From contig OZ244621.1 of the NCBI GenBank assembly GCA_965218425.1, positions 1,760,001 through 1,824,000 of the forward strand: a stretch of 64,000 bases of DNA, in the 5' to 3' direction. The notes below the pieces were generated by a model. The model saw only the letters and a program-made list of their open reading frames with translations, did not search any database and had not been told where the DNA came from. Of the stretch, positions 10,317-21,014 are shown piece by piece. Position 1 is the first letter of the stretch. Each line of letters starts with the position of its first letter. A program made the translations under genes and the position numbers. The stretch comes from an uncultured Candidatus Binatia bacterium. Lineage in GTDB: Bacteria; Desulfobacterota; Binatia; UBA9968; CAXXLF01.

Positions 10317-10961
10317 CTAGCTTTCCAGCCTTTCATCGACTATCCTCTTGATTTTCTCGTGGACCTCTCGAGCCGGGGCCCCAGTATCCAGTACGACAAT
10401 CCGGTGAGGCTCCGCTTGAGCCATCCCAAGAAATCCTTTTCTCACCCTCTCGTGAAATTTAATGTTTTGGCTTTCAAAGCGGTCTCCAGGGCCAGCTCCG
10501 GGAGACCGTTCTTCAGTCCGTCGTCTGGCACGGGACAGGGCTGTCTGCGGAGCACAGTCCAATAGCAGCGTGAGATCAGGTTGGATTTCCCCACTGGCGA
10601 GTGCATTCATGCGCTGCAGCAACTGGAGATCGAACCCGCGGCCGTAGCCCTGATAGGCCAATGTGGAGTCGTTGAATCTATCACATAAAACGATCCTTCC
10701 CTCCTCCAGAGCGGGGCGAATCACTTCTTGGATATGCTGGGCACGGTCAGCCAGGTAAAGAAAAAGCTCCATTTCGTTTGCGACTTCTCCTCTCCCTCCT
10801 TCCACAATCACCTTACGAATCCATTGGCCCAGTTCCGTACCCCCGGGTTCATGGGTCAGCAAACAGTTCTTCCCCTTGCTGATGAGATGCCCCTCAAGCC
10901 ATTTCATCTGGGTGGTCTTTCCGGTGCCATCACCACCTTCAAAAGTGATCAACCGCATCAT
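10317..10961 (-). CDS. tmk: Thymidylate kinase
   Basis: ITFEGGDGTGKTT, HEPGGT, DRAQH, CDRFNDSTLAYQG. Confidence 0.97.
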   Translation of the reverse strand: MMRLITFEGGDGTGKTTQMKWLEGHLISKGKNCLLTHEPGGTELGQWIRKVIVEGGRGEVANEMELFLYLADRAQHIQEVIRPALEEGRIVLCDRFNDSTLAYQGYGRGFDLQLLQRMNALASGEIQPDLTLLLDCAPQTALSRARRRTEERSPGAGPGDRFESQNIKFHERVRKGFLGMAQAEPHRIVVLDTGAPAREVHEKIKRIVDERLES

Positions 10962-11156
10962 TGATATGTGCCGACTTCACGTGAAAAAAGACCGGCTTGG
11001 TTAGGTCAAGTATATAAGTCCAATTGTTTTTCGCCACCTCACCGGTTCCGTCCGTGTAGCCATCGTCAACCACGATCACTGCTGCATCGGCCAATTTCAA
11101 TCAGTCCAACCGGTCCAACAGCGAAGACCGGCAGGGTAACTGAAATTTCAGCGCTC

Positions 11157-12941
11157 CTAGCCATGGATTTGATAGATTGAGTATCTGCGTTGCTGGAAAA
11201 GCCGCCGCAGGTGAAGCGCTACGAACGCATCCCAGAGTTTCCGCTTTTCGTTGCTGAGATTGTTGCGCAGAAACCTTTGCAACATCTCGTCTCGAACCAG
11301 GAGGTGAGTCAGTCCCATGGCCTCTAGTCTTGTCTTCACGCCACTTGCGTTCCGGGCCTCCCTAATCATGCTCACGAGACTCCATGCTTGATCCCCAGAA
11401 TCATGAATATAGTCCCTAAGACAATAATAAACCCTTCCGCCCATAAAAAGAAAATAAATCTTGGCCGTAGAAGGAAGTTTTTGATTGATATACTTAACGG
11501 CAGGATAGTCCGGCAACCTACGATGCAAAAAACTTTCCCGGCTTTCCCTCCCGATGAGGAATCCCAGCGGAGATACGGACTGAAAATAGTTCCAAAGGCA
11601 GAAACCGTTGAAGGCCAGCAGGAGGATAACCCCCCCCACCAGAATCGAGGGATGAAGGATTCGTAAATAGACGTTATGTACCCCGTAAACGAGTAAAATC
11701 ACTAGGGGAGCGACTATGGGAAGAAGATAACGGATTGGTAAATCCACCAAAAAAAGAGCATAAAGGAAGTAGAACGCCACGAAGCCAAAAATCAATTTCT
11801 TTTCCTCGGTCCATTTACCTTTAAAAGCCCAGGGCAAAAACAATATCAATATGGGATTAAGCACTCCGTCAAAGTGCTGAGGATCATCGTCGCGCCCCGT
11901 GAAAAACACTCGAATCGGTAAGGCGGCGATTTCCCACCAGCTCTCTCCCCAGAAAAGCGCTCGCTTACCAAAGATCCCAGCATCTACGCCTCCCCCACCG
12001 CCTCCTCCCCCAACGCTACCAAAAAAGCCTGCCAATGCCGGGTAAAAGGCGTTGCCGGTTTGAATGAGATTCTTGATAGCCCAGGGGCTAAAAGGAATCC
12101 ACGCAAAGAGCAGGAATAGCAGGGTCCAACCACAAACCTTATAGACATCTTTCTGGTAGGTTTTCCCTAACAAATAGACCACCACAAAGCAGAGAAGGAA
12201 AAAGACCAGCAATCCATTGGGTTTAGTGGCGAGGCAAAAGCCCACTGAAAGACCAGCTAAGATTAACCATCGAGGTTGCGGCGTGTCGTACCACCACAGC
12301 AAGCAGAGCAAAGACGCCAGAGAATAAAAAATAAGTCCAAGATCCACGTAGGCCCAATTGCTGAGGCTAAGGATAACAGGCGTGGAAATGAAAAATAGAA
12401 ATCCCAATAGACCATAGATTGGGCTGAGACGTCGCGCGAGATAGGCATAGACCAGGACCCCTGTGAGAAACCCAAAAAGACCATGAACGAGCTTTGGGAG
12501 GGAGTCCCAACCCCATTTTACGAACGGTACGTAAAGCATATCGAGGAGCATGGGGTAATAGGAATAGGGGGCAAACGGTATTTCATGGATCCTGCCCGCC
12601 CGAACATAGAGCCTGGGAATAGCGAGATGACGGGTGAGCTCATCCCTCGCCCAGGGCGGAACCAGTCCTAGCAGCACTTCCGCCAACACAATCCCAAGGA
12701 TCAAGATCCAAACAAAAGAGCCGAGCCTACCTTCCCCGCGCATCTCGATGACGATCACATAGAGCAGGGCAAGGGCCGCTAGAAGAATGGCTATGGCCGT
12801 GGTGAAATTAAGCAGAGGATTTTCGAGGTAGCCACTCACCCCTGCAATAAAATAGAGAGTCGCGACAAAGCCCAGGAAGCAACCGACGAGACAGGTCCGG
12901 TAAAAGAGTTGGGTAAAACGGTCTTGCTGTGCTACCGTCAC
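11157..12941 (-). CDS. Polytopic membrane protein, GT-C (ArnT/PMT-like) glycosyltransferase family
   Basis: Many TM helices, PP...D...HL..P, YVD, TKPNG, TGN.FYP, RYLLP motifs; Gly-run. Confidence 0.7.
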   Translation of the reverse strand: MTVAQQDRFTQLFYRTCLVGCFLGFVATLYFIAGVSGYLENPLLNFTTAIAILLAALALLYVIVIEMRGEGRLGSFVWILILGIVLAEVLLGLVPPWARDELTRHLAIPRLYVRAGRIHEIPFAPYSYYPMLLDMLYVPFVKWGWDSLPKLVHGLFGFLTGVLVYAYLARRLSPIYGLLGFLFFISTPVILSLSNWAYVDLGLIFYSLASLLCLLWWYDTPQPRWLILAGLSVGFCLATKPNGLLVFFLLCFVVVYLLGKTYQKDVYKVCGWTLLFLLFAWIPFSPWAIKNLIQTGNAFYPALAGFFGSVGGGGGGGGVDAGIFGKRALFWGESWWEIAALPIRVFFTGRDDDPQHFDGVLNPILILFLPWAFKGKWTEEKKLIFGFVAFYFLYALFLVDLPIRYLLPIVAPLVILLVYGVHNVYLRILHPSILVGGVILLLAFNGFCLWNYFQSVSPLGFLIGRESRESFLHRRLPDYPAVKYINQKLPSTAKIYFLFMGGRVYYCLRDYIHDSGDQAWSLVSMIREARNASGVKTRLEAMGLTHLLVRDEMLQRFLRNNLSNEKRKLWDAFVALHLRRLFQQRRYSIYQIHG

Positions 12942-13975
12942 CTGCTTCTCTTTTTAAGCCAACTCCCGATTAGCGGGAACACCTCTTCTTTGGCCTTCTT
13001 GCCCAGGATGAGGTCGTAGTGGCCATAGCCGACTGAGTCTTTTGGTCTGGATCCGAAAATTCTATGTGTGCGATCCCGCGACTTCAGTTCACGGTAGGTA
13101 GCCCGGAGGACCTGCGGGGGGGCCAAGGAGTCCTGTTCTCCCCCAATGATAAGAACAGGAACACGAATTTTGGCAAGGTTTTGTCGATAGCTGTGATTCC
13201 CCGTGGCTGATACAAACTCGCCCTTGCGGATCATCGTGATCACATGATCCAGCACCCCCGGGTTCACTGGCGCCAGGGCCGTTTCTAACAATCTTTGCTC
13301 CACTTCGGGATCCATATTCTCTGGGTTATAAAAAAACTTCTCAACCGCAGGAATACGAGGTATCAGCAAGCGCTTAACAAGAGGAGCATCTATATAAAGA
13401 ACTATTTTTTTCCATGTGGGATGTTTTTCCAACTTAAGGAGGGCTCTCATGGGCTCCTGTTTGGAATCGTCGAAGAGAACCGGAGTTCCAATGGTTACCA
13501 GAGCACCAATCCCGGATCGGCTCCTCTTCTTTTCAAGATAACCGTAGAGAACAAGCCCTCCCATCTCGAAACCCACCCAGTTAACCCTGGGACTCCCGCT
13601 TTGCTTCCGGACATAACGTATGACTGAAGACAAATCGTCATTGATCATATCGTCTAGCGACCATTTTTTTGGCGGCGCCTTAAGGGGCTTCAGGCTCCGC
13701 CCCGTACCTCTAAGCGAAAGGTTCCACACGTCGAACCCCTCCTCAGCCAGGTACCATGCCAGACTGTATTCCCGCGTGAGATTCATAAAACGGCTGTTGA
13801 CCATCATCCCATGAGCGAGCACCACCGGGGTTCGCCGGCTAGGATTTTTCAGCCGAAACCGCTCCATTGCCAATTCAAACTTTTTCTCGGTCACCGCCCA
13901 GTGAAGTTTCCGCGAAACATACGGAGCACTCGCGCCCCAGGCGTTGGAAAGAAAGCAGAGGAGTGAAACTAACAA
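12938..13975 (-). CDS. Alpha/beta-fold hydrolase (lipase/PhaC-like), probably secreted
   Basis: PVVLAHG, GFDVW...LRG, GFEMGG at the nucleophile elbow, GEQD, YGHYDL; start uncertain. Confidence 0.75.
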   Translation of the reverse strand: MLVSLLCFLSNAWGASAPYVSRKLHWAVTEKKFELAMERFRLKNPSRRTPVVLAHGMMVNSRFMNLTREYSLAWYLAEEGFDVWNLSLRGTGRSLKPLKAPPKKWSLDDMINDDLSSVIRYVRKQSGSPRVNWVGFEMGGLVLYGYLEKKRSRSGIGALVTIGTPVLFDDSKQEPMRALLKLEKHPTWKKIVLYIDAPLVKRLLIPRIPAVEKFFYNPENMDPEVEQRLLETALAPVNPGVLDHVITMIRKGEFVSATGNHSYRQNLAKIRVPVLIIGGEQDSLAPPQVLRATYRELKSRDRTHRIFGSRPKDSVGYGHYDLILGKKAKEEVFPLIGSWLKKRSR

Positions 13976-14160
13976 GAATTGTGAAATCGATTTTATAAGA
14001 ACCGTAGCCTCCTTGGTTCCTGACCGTTCTTTTGGCGACCTATCCTTTTAATGAGGATTCGCAAGAGGGGTCCTGATTCAAATGTGCCGCTACGATTCAC
14101 TAACAGAGGAGCGACCCGTTACTCATTATAGGAGTCACCCTCTTGGTCTGTCAAATTTTT

Positions 14161-14266
14161 ACCCCGAACCACACAACGCACCGGATGTGAGCCCGGGGAT
14201 GAATGTTCCAAATTTGCCCGAAGGGAAGCGCCCCAAAGCCACGGATCTATGTCCGTGGTACAGGGT
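14161..14266. mobile_element. Possible IS200/IS605-type non-autonomous remnant (paired terminal hairpins)
   Basis: Hairpin CCACGGA-TCTATG-TCCGTGG (14239-14258), degenerate hairpin at 14179-14198, imperfect outer IR ACCCCGAACCAC / GTGGTACAGGGT; no transposase. Confidence 0.3.
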
Positions 14267-14502
14267 TTGCCACTTTACTAATCATATCAACAACGACCCC
14301 TGAGGAAAAGATAAACCCCGTACTCCATGTCTAAATCCTTGGGCGAGAGGAACTAGAATCAGGGAGTTAGACATCGACGGTTTGGCTTCAGAGATTCACC
14401 GGCTCACTGCCCTCCGTCTCGAGACTCCTTGCCCGAAGTACAAGTCCGGCTGGTGGTTCGTTGAGCACAACATGAACCGAGCAGCAGGGTTTGTTATAGG
14501 AA

Positions 14503-14753
14503 GTGGACTCGGAGGCCTGCCCCTCAGCGGGAGCCGACCGGCCTCTACCTCGAGGCCCCGTCCTTTGATCTGACATGCCAAATTGGCAAGAGCTGCCAGT
14601 ATCGGACGTCTCCCTTTGTTCGCCCCAGGCCCCCTTCACCTAACAACGCGGGTTGACGAGGGGAACGAGACGTAAGGGCGTGGGCATCGAGCGTTCAGGT
14701 TCGGATATTCGCCGGTCTGTTGCCCACGGCCTGAAGACTCGTTCCCCGAGGAG
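14503..14753 (+). repeat. Dispersed modular GC-rich repeat, copy 2
   Basis: Highly similar over ~250 bp to 52707-52958 and to the reverse complement of ~30335-30575; partial unit at 14384-14435. Confidence 0.9.
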
Positions 14754-14913
14754 CAAAGCAGGCTTGGAGCTTTAGGGCAGTCTCCAACGGGGAATGAGGA
14801 CGATGGGCGCTGGGATCGATGGCCGGCTCTCGAAATTTAGTGGAAGGTAAAGGAATTGATATGAAGAGTCAGATTGTCTTCCAACCAAAAATTGCTAAGA
14901 TAATTTCCTTCCC

Positions 14914-16290
14914 ATGTACAAAGAAGACACGATAGCAGCCATTGCAACGCCGGTGGGAGAGGGCGGGGTGGCCATTGTGCGGGTAAGCGGTCCTGAGGCC
15001 GAGCAGATTGGCCAAATGATTTTTCAACAAGGGGCCAACGGCAATGGTATTTTCCAATCCCATAAACTTCACCACGGGACCATCCGCGACCCTGCTGACG
15101 GCAAGGCTCTGGATGATGTCTTGGCCACTGTAATGCGCAGTCCCCGCAGCTACACCGGCGAAGACGTGCTGGAAGTGCAGTGTCATGGGGGATCTTTCGT
15201 AGCCCGACGAATTCTTGAAACTATACTGAAGTGCGGGGCGCGGTACGCAGAGCCCGGGGAGTTTACCAAGAGGGCCTTCCTCAACGGTCGCTTGGATCTC
15301 GCACAGGCGGAAGGGGTTCTCGATCTAATCCACGCCCGTACCGAAAAGGGAATGGGATTGGCCGTGGGCCAGGTTCGCGGCGAACTCTCCAAATGGGTGG
15401 GAGAGCTACGTGAGAAACTGATCGATATCTTGGTTCAAGTGGAGGCGGCCATCGATTTTCCCGAAGAGGAGCTGGAACTGCTCAGAAGGGAAGAGCTGGC
15501 GGGTAAAGTCGATTCCCTAAAGAGCAAAATTCTAATAATTATAGATAGTTACGATTGGGGGAGACTATATCGGGAAGGTGTGGCGGTGTGCATTGCGGGA
15601 CGACCCAACGTCGGAAAATCCAGTTTGTTAAATGCGCTCCTTGGCGAGGAGCGGGTAATTGTAGCCCCCGTGCCAGGAACCACCCGAGATTTTGTGGAAG
15701 AGAGCCTAAATCTAGACGGACTTAAGATTGTTCTTTCGGATACCGCCGGCATCCGAGAAGGAAACGACGAAGTTGAGAGGGTAGGGGTGGCGTTCTCATT
15801 GAAAAAGCTTGAGGAAGCACAGGGGTTTATACTAGTGTTGGATGGAACCTCTGCAATCATGCAGGACGACCATGCAATCATGGCCGAAGTCATGGGAAAA
15901 AAAGGCATAGTCGTAGTTAACAAAAACGACTTGCCGAATGAACTGCCGCATAACGAATTAAAGCGTTTTGCGCCAAACCATGAGATTGTGTCTCTATCCG
16001 CAAAAACCCGCGGGGGCATTACCGAGCTCAAAAAGAAGCTACGAGTATGCTTCCTGGGAGAGAGCCCCGAACCAGACATCGTTTTGACTAACCTGCGCCA
16101 TAAAACGGCTCTGGAGAAATCCGCCAACGGCCTATCCGAAGCGTCAAGGAGCCTGAAGGAAAACCTACCGCCGGAGATGGTCGCAGTTGATCTACAGGAT
16201 GCCAGTCAAAACCTTGGTGAAGTTATTGGCATTGTATCAAATGATGATATTTTAAAACGTGTTTTTAGTCAGTTTTGCATCGGGAAATGA
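14914..16290 (+). CDS. mnmE: tRNA modification GTPase MnmE
   Basis: DTIAAIATP, SYTGED, GEFTKRAFLNG, GRPNVGKSS, GTTRD, DTAG, NKND, C-terminal FCIGK. Confidence 0.98.
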   Translation: MYKEDTIAAIATPVGEGGVAIVRVSGPEAEQIGQMIFQQGANGNGIFQSHKLHHGTIRDPADGKALDDVLATVMRSPRSYTGEDVLEVQCHGGSFVARRILETILKCGARYAEPGEFTKRAFLNGRLDLAQAEGVLDLIHARTEKGMGLAVGQVRGELSKWVGELREKLIDILVQVEAAIDFPEEELELLRREELAGKVDSLKSKILIIIDSYDWGRLYREGVAVCIAGRPNVGKSSLLNALLGEERVIVAPVPGTTRDFVEESLNLDGLKIVLSDTAGIREGNDEVERVGVAFSLKKLEEAQGFILVLDGTSAIMQDDHAIMAEVMGKKGIVVVNKNDLPNELPHNELKRFAPNHEIVSLSAKTRGGITELKKKLRVCFLGESPEPDIVLTNLRHKTALEKSANGLSEASRSLKENLPPEMVAVDLQDASQNLGEVIGIVSNDDILKRVFSQFCIGK

Positions 16291-16470
16291 CGGTGAGCCA
16301 TATAATATTGAGAATTTTTCTCGCTGTTTGGGTTGTAAAATCCAGGTGATTTTGGCTCATGCAAAGACCCCAATTGTTTCCAATGCGAAGAAAATATACA
16401 TTGTAGGGTAGTCTTATGGAGCGAAAGAACTGGTTCTGTTGGTTTATTAATCTACAAAGGCTTGATTAGA

Positions 16471-16486
16471 ATTTTCACGTGAAACA
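16471..16486. promoter_or_regulatory. parS-like site
   Basis: ATTTTCACGTGAAACA, 14/16 to TGTTTCACGTGAAACA, 2 nt before mnmG. Confidence 0.75.
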
Positions 16487-16488
16487 CT

Positions 16489-18366
16489 ATGGTTGAACAG
16501 GGAACGATTTACGACATTATCATTGTGGGAGCCGGTCATGCAGGAATTGAAGCCGCCCTGGCATCCGCAAGGATGGGTTGCCAGACCTTAATGCTGACCC
16601 TCAATCTGGACCATATAGGGCAGATGTCTTGCAACCCCGCCATAGGTGGAATTGGCAAGGGCCATTTGGTTAAGGAGATTGACGCCCTGGGCGGTGAGAT
16701 GGCAAAGGCCATCGACGAAACTGGACTACAGTTCCGTACCCTCAACACGAAGAAGGGACCGGCGGTTCGGGCCTCTCGGGCGCAAGCAGACAAGGCCCTC
16801 TATCGACTGAGAATGAAGCGGGTCCTGGAAAATTGCCCAAACTTGACCCTTCGTCAAGGCAGCGTTGAGTCTCTTTTAGTTGACGATTATAAAGTGACCG
16901 GAGTAGAGACTCAGATCGGAGAGGTCTTTAACGGTCGAAAGGTTATTCTAACCACCGGAACTTTTCTCAAAGGCCTCATTCACGTTGGAGATAAAAACTA
17001 TTCCGGCGGGCGGGCGGGCGACTCTTCATCTAACGGACTAAGCGAATCACTCGACGGGCTAGGCTTCAACATTGGCAGGCTGAAAACCGGTACTTGCCCG
17101 CGGTTGGATGGGCGCACCATAGATAAAGACCGCCTGGCGGCTCAACATGGCGATAGCAACCCCAGGCCATTCTCATTCTCTACCCAAAAAATTAAACAGG
17201 AACAGATTCCCTGCTACATCACCTACACAAATCGGGACACCCACGATATTATCCGTGCCGCACTGCACCGCTCGCCAATGTATTCTGGAGCAATAAAAAG
17301 TCGAGGGCCTCGATACTGTCCTTCAATCGAGGATAAAGTCGTTCGGTTCGCAGACAGATCTAGACATCAAATATTTTTGGAGCCGGAGGGATATGACACG
17401 ATAGAGGTATACCCCAATGGCTTATCCACCAGCCTCCCCCTCGATGTCCAACTGGACATGGTAAGATCCATCGAGGGATTGGAGCAGGCAGAAATCATGA
17501 GACCTGGTTACGCCATCGAGTATGATTACGTCGACCCCACTCAGCTTTACTCAACCCTAGAAACAAAGATTATCAAGGGTCTGTACCACGCCGGGCAAAT
17601 CAATGGTACGACAGGATACGAAGAGGCGGCTTGTCAGGGTATAATGGCCGCTATCAATGCGGTTCTTTCCTTACGTAATGAAGAACCGCTAATTCTATCG
17701 AGGGATCAATCCTATATCGGCGTGCTCATAGATGATCTTGTCACGAAAGGAACAGACGGGGAACCATATCGAATGTTCACCTCACGGGCCGAGTACCGTC
17801 TGCTGCTAAGAGAGGACAACGCTGACCTACGTCTTACTGAATTGAGCTTTGGAAAAGGACTTGCTACGGAAGCTGAGTATCAGCGGACCGTCGGAAAGAG
17901 AACCTCCATCAATGAAACCATAGGATATCTTCGTGAGAGGCGCATTAACCCCACGGCCGATACCAACCGAAGACTTGAGGCCGTGGGCTCGGCTCCGTTG
18001 CACACACCGACTTCATTGCTCCAGCTACTTCGCCGTCCAGAGATTTCATTCCATCATCTAATGGGCTTTGAGCCTAAGTTGTATGACATTCAACCAGACT
18101 TGAGCTTGCAGGTTGAGCTACATATAAAATATGTCGGGTACATTCAAAGGCAGCTGGAAGGAGTTGACAGATTCCGAAAAATGGAAAACGTCCACCTTCC
18201 CGAAGACATAGACTACGCTACAATTTCAGGACTATCACGTGAAGTGCGCGAAAAACTGGCGCATGTAAGACCTCGTTCCCTTGGACAGGCACATCGAATT
18301 CCAGGGGTCACACCGGCCGCGGTATCTATCCTGTCCATCTATTTAAAAAAGAGAAGGCTTGCTTAA
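16489..18366 (+). CDS. mnmG: tRNA uridine-5-carboxymethylaminomethyl modification enzyme MnmG (GidA)
   Basis: [51 protein letters not shown]. Confidence 0.98.
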   Translation: MVEQGTIYDIIIVGAGHAGIEAALASARMGCQTLMLTLNLDHIGQMSCNPAIGGIGKGHLVKEIDALGGEMAKAIDETGLQFRTLNTKKGPAVRASRAQADKALYRLRMKRVLENCPNLTLRQGSVESLLVDDYKVTGVETQIGEVFNGRKVILTTGTFLKGLIHVGDKNYSGGRAGDSSSNGLSESLDGLGFNIGRLKTGTCPRLDGRTIDKDRLAAQHGDSNPRPFSFSTQKIKQEQIPCYITYTNRDTHDIIRAALHRSPMYSGAIKSRGPRYCPSIEDKVVRFADRSRHQIFLEPEGYDTIEVYPNGLSTSLPLDVQLDMVRSIEGLEQAEIMRPGYAIEYDYVDPTQLYSTLETKIIKGLYHAGQINGTTGYEEAACQGIMAAINAVLSLRNEEPLILSRDQSYIGVLIDDLVTKGTDGEPYRMFTSRAEYRLLLREDNADLRLTELSFGKGLATEAEYQRTVGKRTSINETIGYLRERRINPTADTNRRLEAVGSAPLHTPTSLLQLLRRPEISFHHLMGFEPKLYDIQPDLSLQVELHIKYVGYIQRQLEGVDRFRKMENVHLPEDIDYATISGLSREVREKLAHVRPRSLGQAHRIPGVTPAAVSILSIYLKKRRLA

Positions 18367-19039
18367 AACATCAGATAGCCAAGTTTTGCAGGAGAGCCGG
18401 CAACTTATCATACGGGGCGCGGAAGCCTTAGGAATCTCGCTCTCTCAAAAGCAGCTGGGGCAACTCATAGCCTACCTTGATCTGATCCAACTGTGGAATT
18501 CAAAATTCAACCTTACTGCCATAAGAAGCACACCCCTTATTATTCGACATCATTTCATTGACTCCCTAGCCATCGCACCCTTCACAAACCCCGATAGCCG
18601 GTTGGTGGATATCGGCAGCGGTGCTGGCTTCCCAGGGATCCCTTTAAAGATAATATTTCCAAACAAGGAAATCGCTTTAGTTGATTCACAGAGGAAGAAA
18701 ACTACTCTTATGAGGGAAGTAGTCCGTGGTTTGGATCTAAAGGGTATCGAGGTGCTAGAGACAAGGGTAGAGCAACTCAAACCACCGCATGACCGCCAAT
18801 ATGCTGAGGCTGTAGCTCGCGCCTTTGGTTCCCTAGATCAGTTTCTCAAGGTCTCGGCCGGTCTACTAGCGCCGGGAGGACGGAGCCTCTTCATGAGCGG
18901 TCCAAAAGGCTTCACTGCGTTCTCCCATATATATAAGGATAAGTATTTCGAGCTAGGCTTTGTCGAAAGCCGAATGGAAAGCTACCACCTTCCCCTTGGG
19001 AAGGAGAAACGAACGCTCCTTATCTTCTTAAAGAATTGA
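18359..19039 (+). CDS. rsmG: 16S rRNA m7G527 methyltransferase RsmG (GidB)
   Basis: WN...[26 protein letters not shown]; follows mnmG. Confidence 0.95.
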   Translation: MLKTSDSQVLQESRQLIIRGAEALGISLSQKQLGQLIAYLDLIQLWNSKFNLTAIRSTPLIIRHHFIDSLAIAPFTNPDSRLVDIGSGAGFPGIPLKIIFPNKEIALVDSQRKKTTLMREVVRGLDLKGIEVLETRVEQLKPPHDRQYAEAVARAFGSLDQFLKVSAGLLAPGGRSLFMSGPKGFTAFSHIYKDKYFELGFVESRMESYHLPLGKEKRTLLIFLKN

Positions 19040-19040
19040 C

Positions 19041-19056
19041 TGTTTCACGTAAAACT
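19041..19056. promoter_or_regulatory. parS-like site
   Basis: TGTTTCACGTAAAACT, 14/16 to consensus, between rsmG and parA. Confidence 0.75.
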
Positions 19057-19140
19057 TTTTTTATCTTCCCATTTGTTCCTTAATGTGCTAAAAAATACAT
19101 TAGGATTTAATGCAAACTATTGATATTACAGAGATTTCTT

Positions 19141-19935
19141 TTGGTTAAGGTTATTGCAATAGCCAATCAAAAAGGGGGGGTAGGCAAAACAACCACCTCG
19201 GTCAACCTTGGCGCCTCCCTGTCGGTCGCGAACAAAAGAACTCTACTTATTGATATCGATCCCCAGGGCAACAGTACCACAGGGCTAGGCATTGATCGTT
19301 CTACACTCACCAAAAGCATTTATCAGGTGTTAATTGGGGCCAGACCCCTTTTAGATGTGCTCTGCCCCACGGAACTCCCTTCCTTATCCGTTGCTCCAGC
19401 CACAAGGGATTTGATTGGCGCGGAAATCGAATTGGTCGGCGAAGAGGGAAGAGAGCAACGTCTCAAACAAGCCGTCAAATCGGTTCACGACGAGTTTGAT
19501 TACATTCTTCTCGACTGTCCGCCGTCCCTAGGGATCCTCACCTTGAACGCACTGACGGCTGCCGACTCATTGATCGTACCCCTTCAGTGCGAATACTACG
19601 CCATGGAAGGCTTAACCTCCCTTCTCGAAACCCTAAAGATAGTTCAGAAGGGATTGAACCCGAGTCTATTTCTCGAGGGAATTTTACTCACCATGTTTGA
19701 CGGCCGTAGCCGTCTTTCCCAGCAGGTAGCCGAAGAAGTAAGGCAACACTTTCCCGGGCGACTGTTCCAAACGGTGATACACCGAAACGTTCGTCTCAGC
19801 GAAAGCCCAAGCTACGGTAAACCGGCCCTTTTATACGACGTGCGCTCCACGGGAGCGCAGAGTTACCTAGATTTGGCAAAAGAACTCATGAGAAGCGAGG
19901 AGGAAAGACATCATGCAGAAGAAGGCACTGGGTAG
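19141..19935 (+). CDS. parA: Chromosome partitioning ATPase ParA/Soj
   Basis: ANQKGGVGKTT, DIDPQGN, DCPPSLG, PLQCEYYA, RNVRLSESPS; TTG start at 19141 preferred over 19120. Confidence 0.96.
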   Translation: MVKVIAIANQKGGVGKTTTSVNLGASLSVANKRTLLIDIDPQGNSTTGLGIDRSTLTKSIYQVLIGARPLLDVLCPTELPSLSVAPATRDLIGAEIELVGEEGREQRLKQAVKSVHDEFDYILLDCPPSLGILTLNALTAADSLIVPLQCEYYAMEGLTSLLETLKIVQKGLNPSLFLEGILLTMFDGRSRLSQQVAEEVRQHFPGRLFQTVIHRNVRLSESPSYGKPALLYDVRSTGAQSYLDLAKELMRSEEERHHAEEGTG

Positions 19936-20773
19936 GGGCCTTAGCGCTCTAATTCCTGATCTCGAGTCCACAGAGACGGCACAGCTCTGCGTGGAAGTGG
20001 AAAGAATTTCCCCCAATCCACGACAACCCCGTCGTTCATTCGACGATGAACAGATTAAGGAATTGGCGGAATCTATTCGTGTGAAGGGAGTCATCCAGCC
20101 GCTTTTAGTACGCCGCAATGAACATGGTTATGAACTCATTGCAGGGGAGCGCCGCTTACGGGCGTCGGTCCGAGCTGGACTCAAGGAAGTGCCCGTTATG
20201 GTGATTGAGGTCAACGACACCGAATCCCTTCAGATGGCGCTTATTGAAAACCTTCAACGCGAAGATCTCAACCCCATGGATGAATCCCGTGCCTTCCAGC
20301 GCCTTCAGCAAGACCTCAACCTTGGCCAAGAGCAAATAGCGATGATGGTGGGCAAGAGCCGCCCCGCGGTGGCGAACTCCATGCGACTCGCTTCTCTTCC
20401 AGTGGAGGTTCAAAAGGAAGTGGCTTCGGGAAGGCTCCCTGCGGGGCAGGCTAGGGCGCTTCTTGGGCTAGAGTCCGAGTCGCTCATACTATCTGCTGCG
20501 CGCGAGGTTCTGGCTAAAGGACTTTCCACCCGTGAAACAGAGCGTCTGGTAGGGCGCCTCAAGACTCCGAAGCGGAGAAAAAGAGGAGCCTCACAACTGG
20601 ATCCCAGTCTGACTCCGCTCATCGAGGAGGTTCAGCGCTGGTTAGGAACCAAAGTCCGGCTCTTGCATCGGTCCAGATCAGGGAAGGGAAAAATAGAGAT
20701 CGAATATTACTCCACAGCGGACTTCGAACGGATCCTTCGCAAGTTGATGGACAACCGGCGAAGCCCCGCATAA
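19913..20773 (+). CDS. parB: Chromosome partitioning protein ParB/Spo0J
   Basis: ALGRGL, NPRQPR, IAGERRLRA, ENLQREDLN, GKSRPAVAN. Confidence 0.97.
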   Translation: MQKKALGRGLSALIPDLESTETAQLCVEVERISPNPRQPRRSFDDEQIKELAESIRVKGVIQPLLVRRNEHGYELIAGERRLRASVRAGLKEVPVMVIEVNDTESLQMALIENLQREDLNPMDESRAFQRLQQDLNLGQEQIAMMVGKSRPAVANSMRLASLPVEVQKEVASGRLPAGQARALLGLESESLILSAAREVLAKGLSTRETERLVGRLKTPKRRKRGASQLDPSLTPLIEEVQRWLGTKVRLLHRSRSGKGKIEIEYYSTADFERILRKLMDNRRSPA

Positions 20774-20835
20774 CCTAAAAATTCCGCCTCCAAACCGCTC
20801 CTGGCCGCCCTTATCCCCCCTCGGCGAATCGTCTT

Positions 20836-20864
20836 TTGACATTATTTCACCGCGATGGTATAGA
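20836..20864 (+). promoter_or_regulatory. Sigma70-type promoter for the atpF'FHAGD operon
   Basis: TTGACA-N17-TATAGA with TG extended -10. Confidence 0.6.
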
Positions 20865-20980
20865 GGAAAGCCTTGAGCGGAGTGTGATCTCAGTGGCATG
20901 ACCAGTGAGGAGCGAGGCCCCGCGCAAGGAAAATCCTTTTCTCCGGATCCTACAATTTAAGACTCATATAAGGTTGGGTC

Positions 20981-21014
20981 AGGCTAGGTCCATTTCTCTG
21001 AACCTAGCTTTTTT
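20981..21014 (+). terminator. Intrinsic terminator-like hairpin in the atpF' leader
   Basis: AGGCTAGGT / ACCTAGCTT stem followed by T-run, 15 nt before the ATG. Confidence 0.45.

Noticed and set aside
10973..10988. Third parS-like site GACTTCACGTGAAAAA upstream of tmk
   Set aside because: Only 12/16 match with one degenerate half-site
14382..14639. Short ORFs in and around repeat copies (also 5913-6122, 52666-52965, 52991-53400)
   Set aside because: Their similarity comes from the DNA repeat; frames are not preserved between copies
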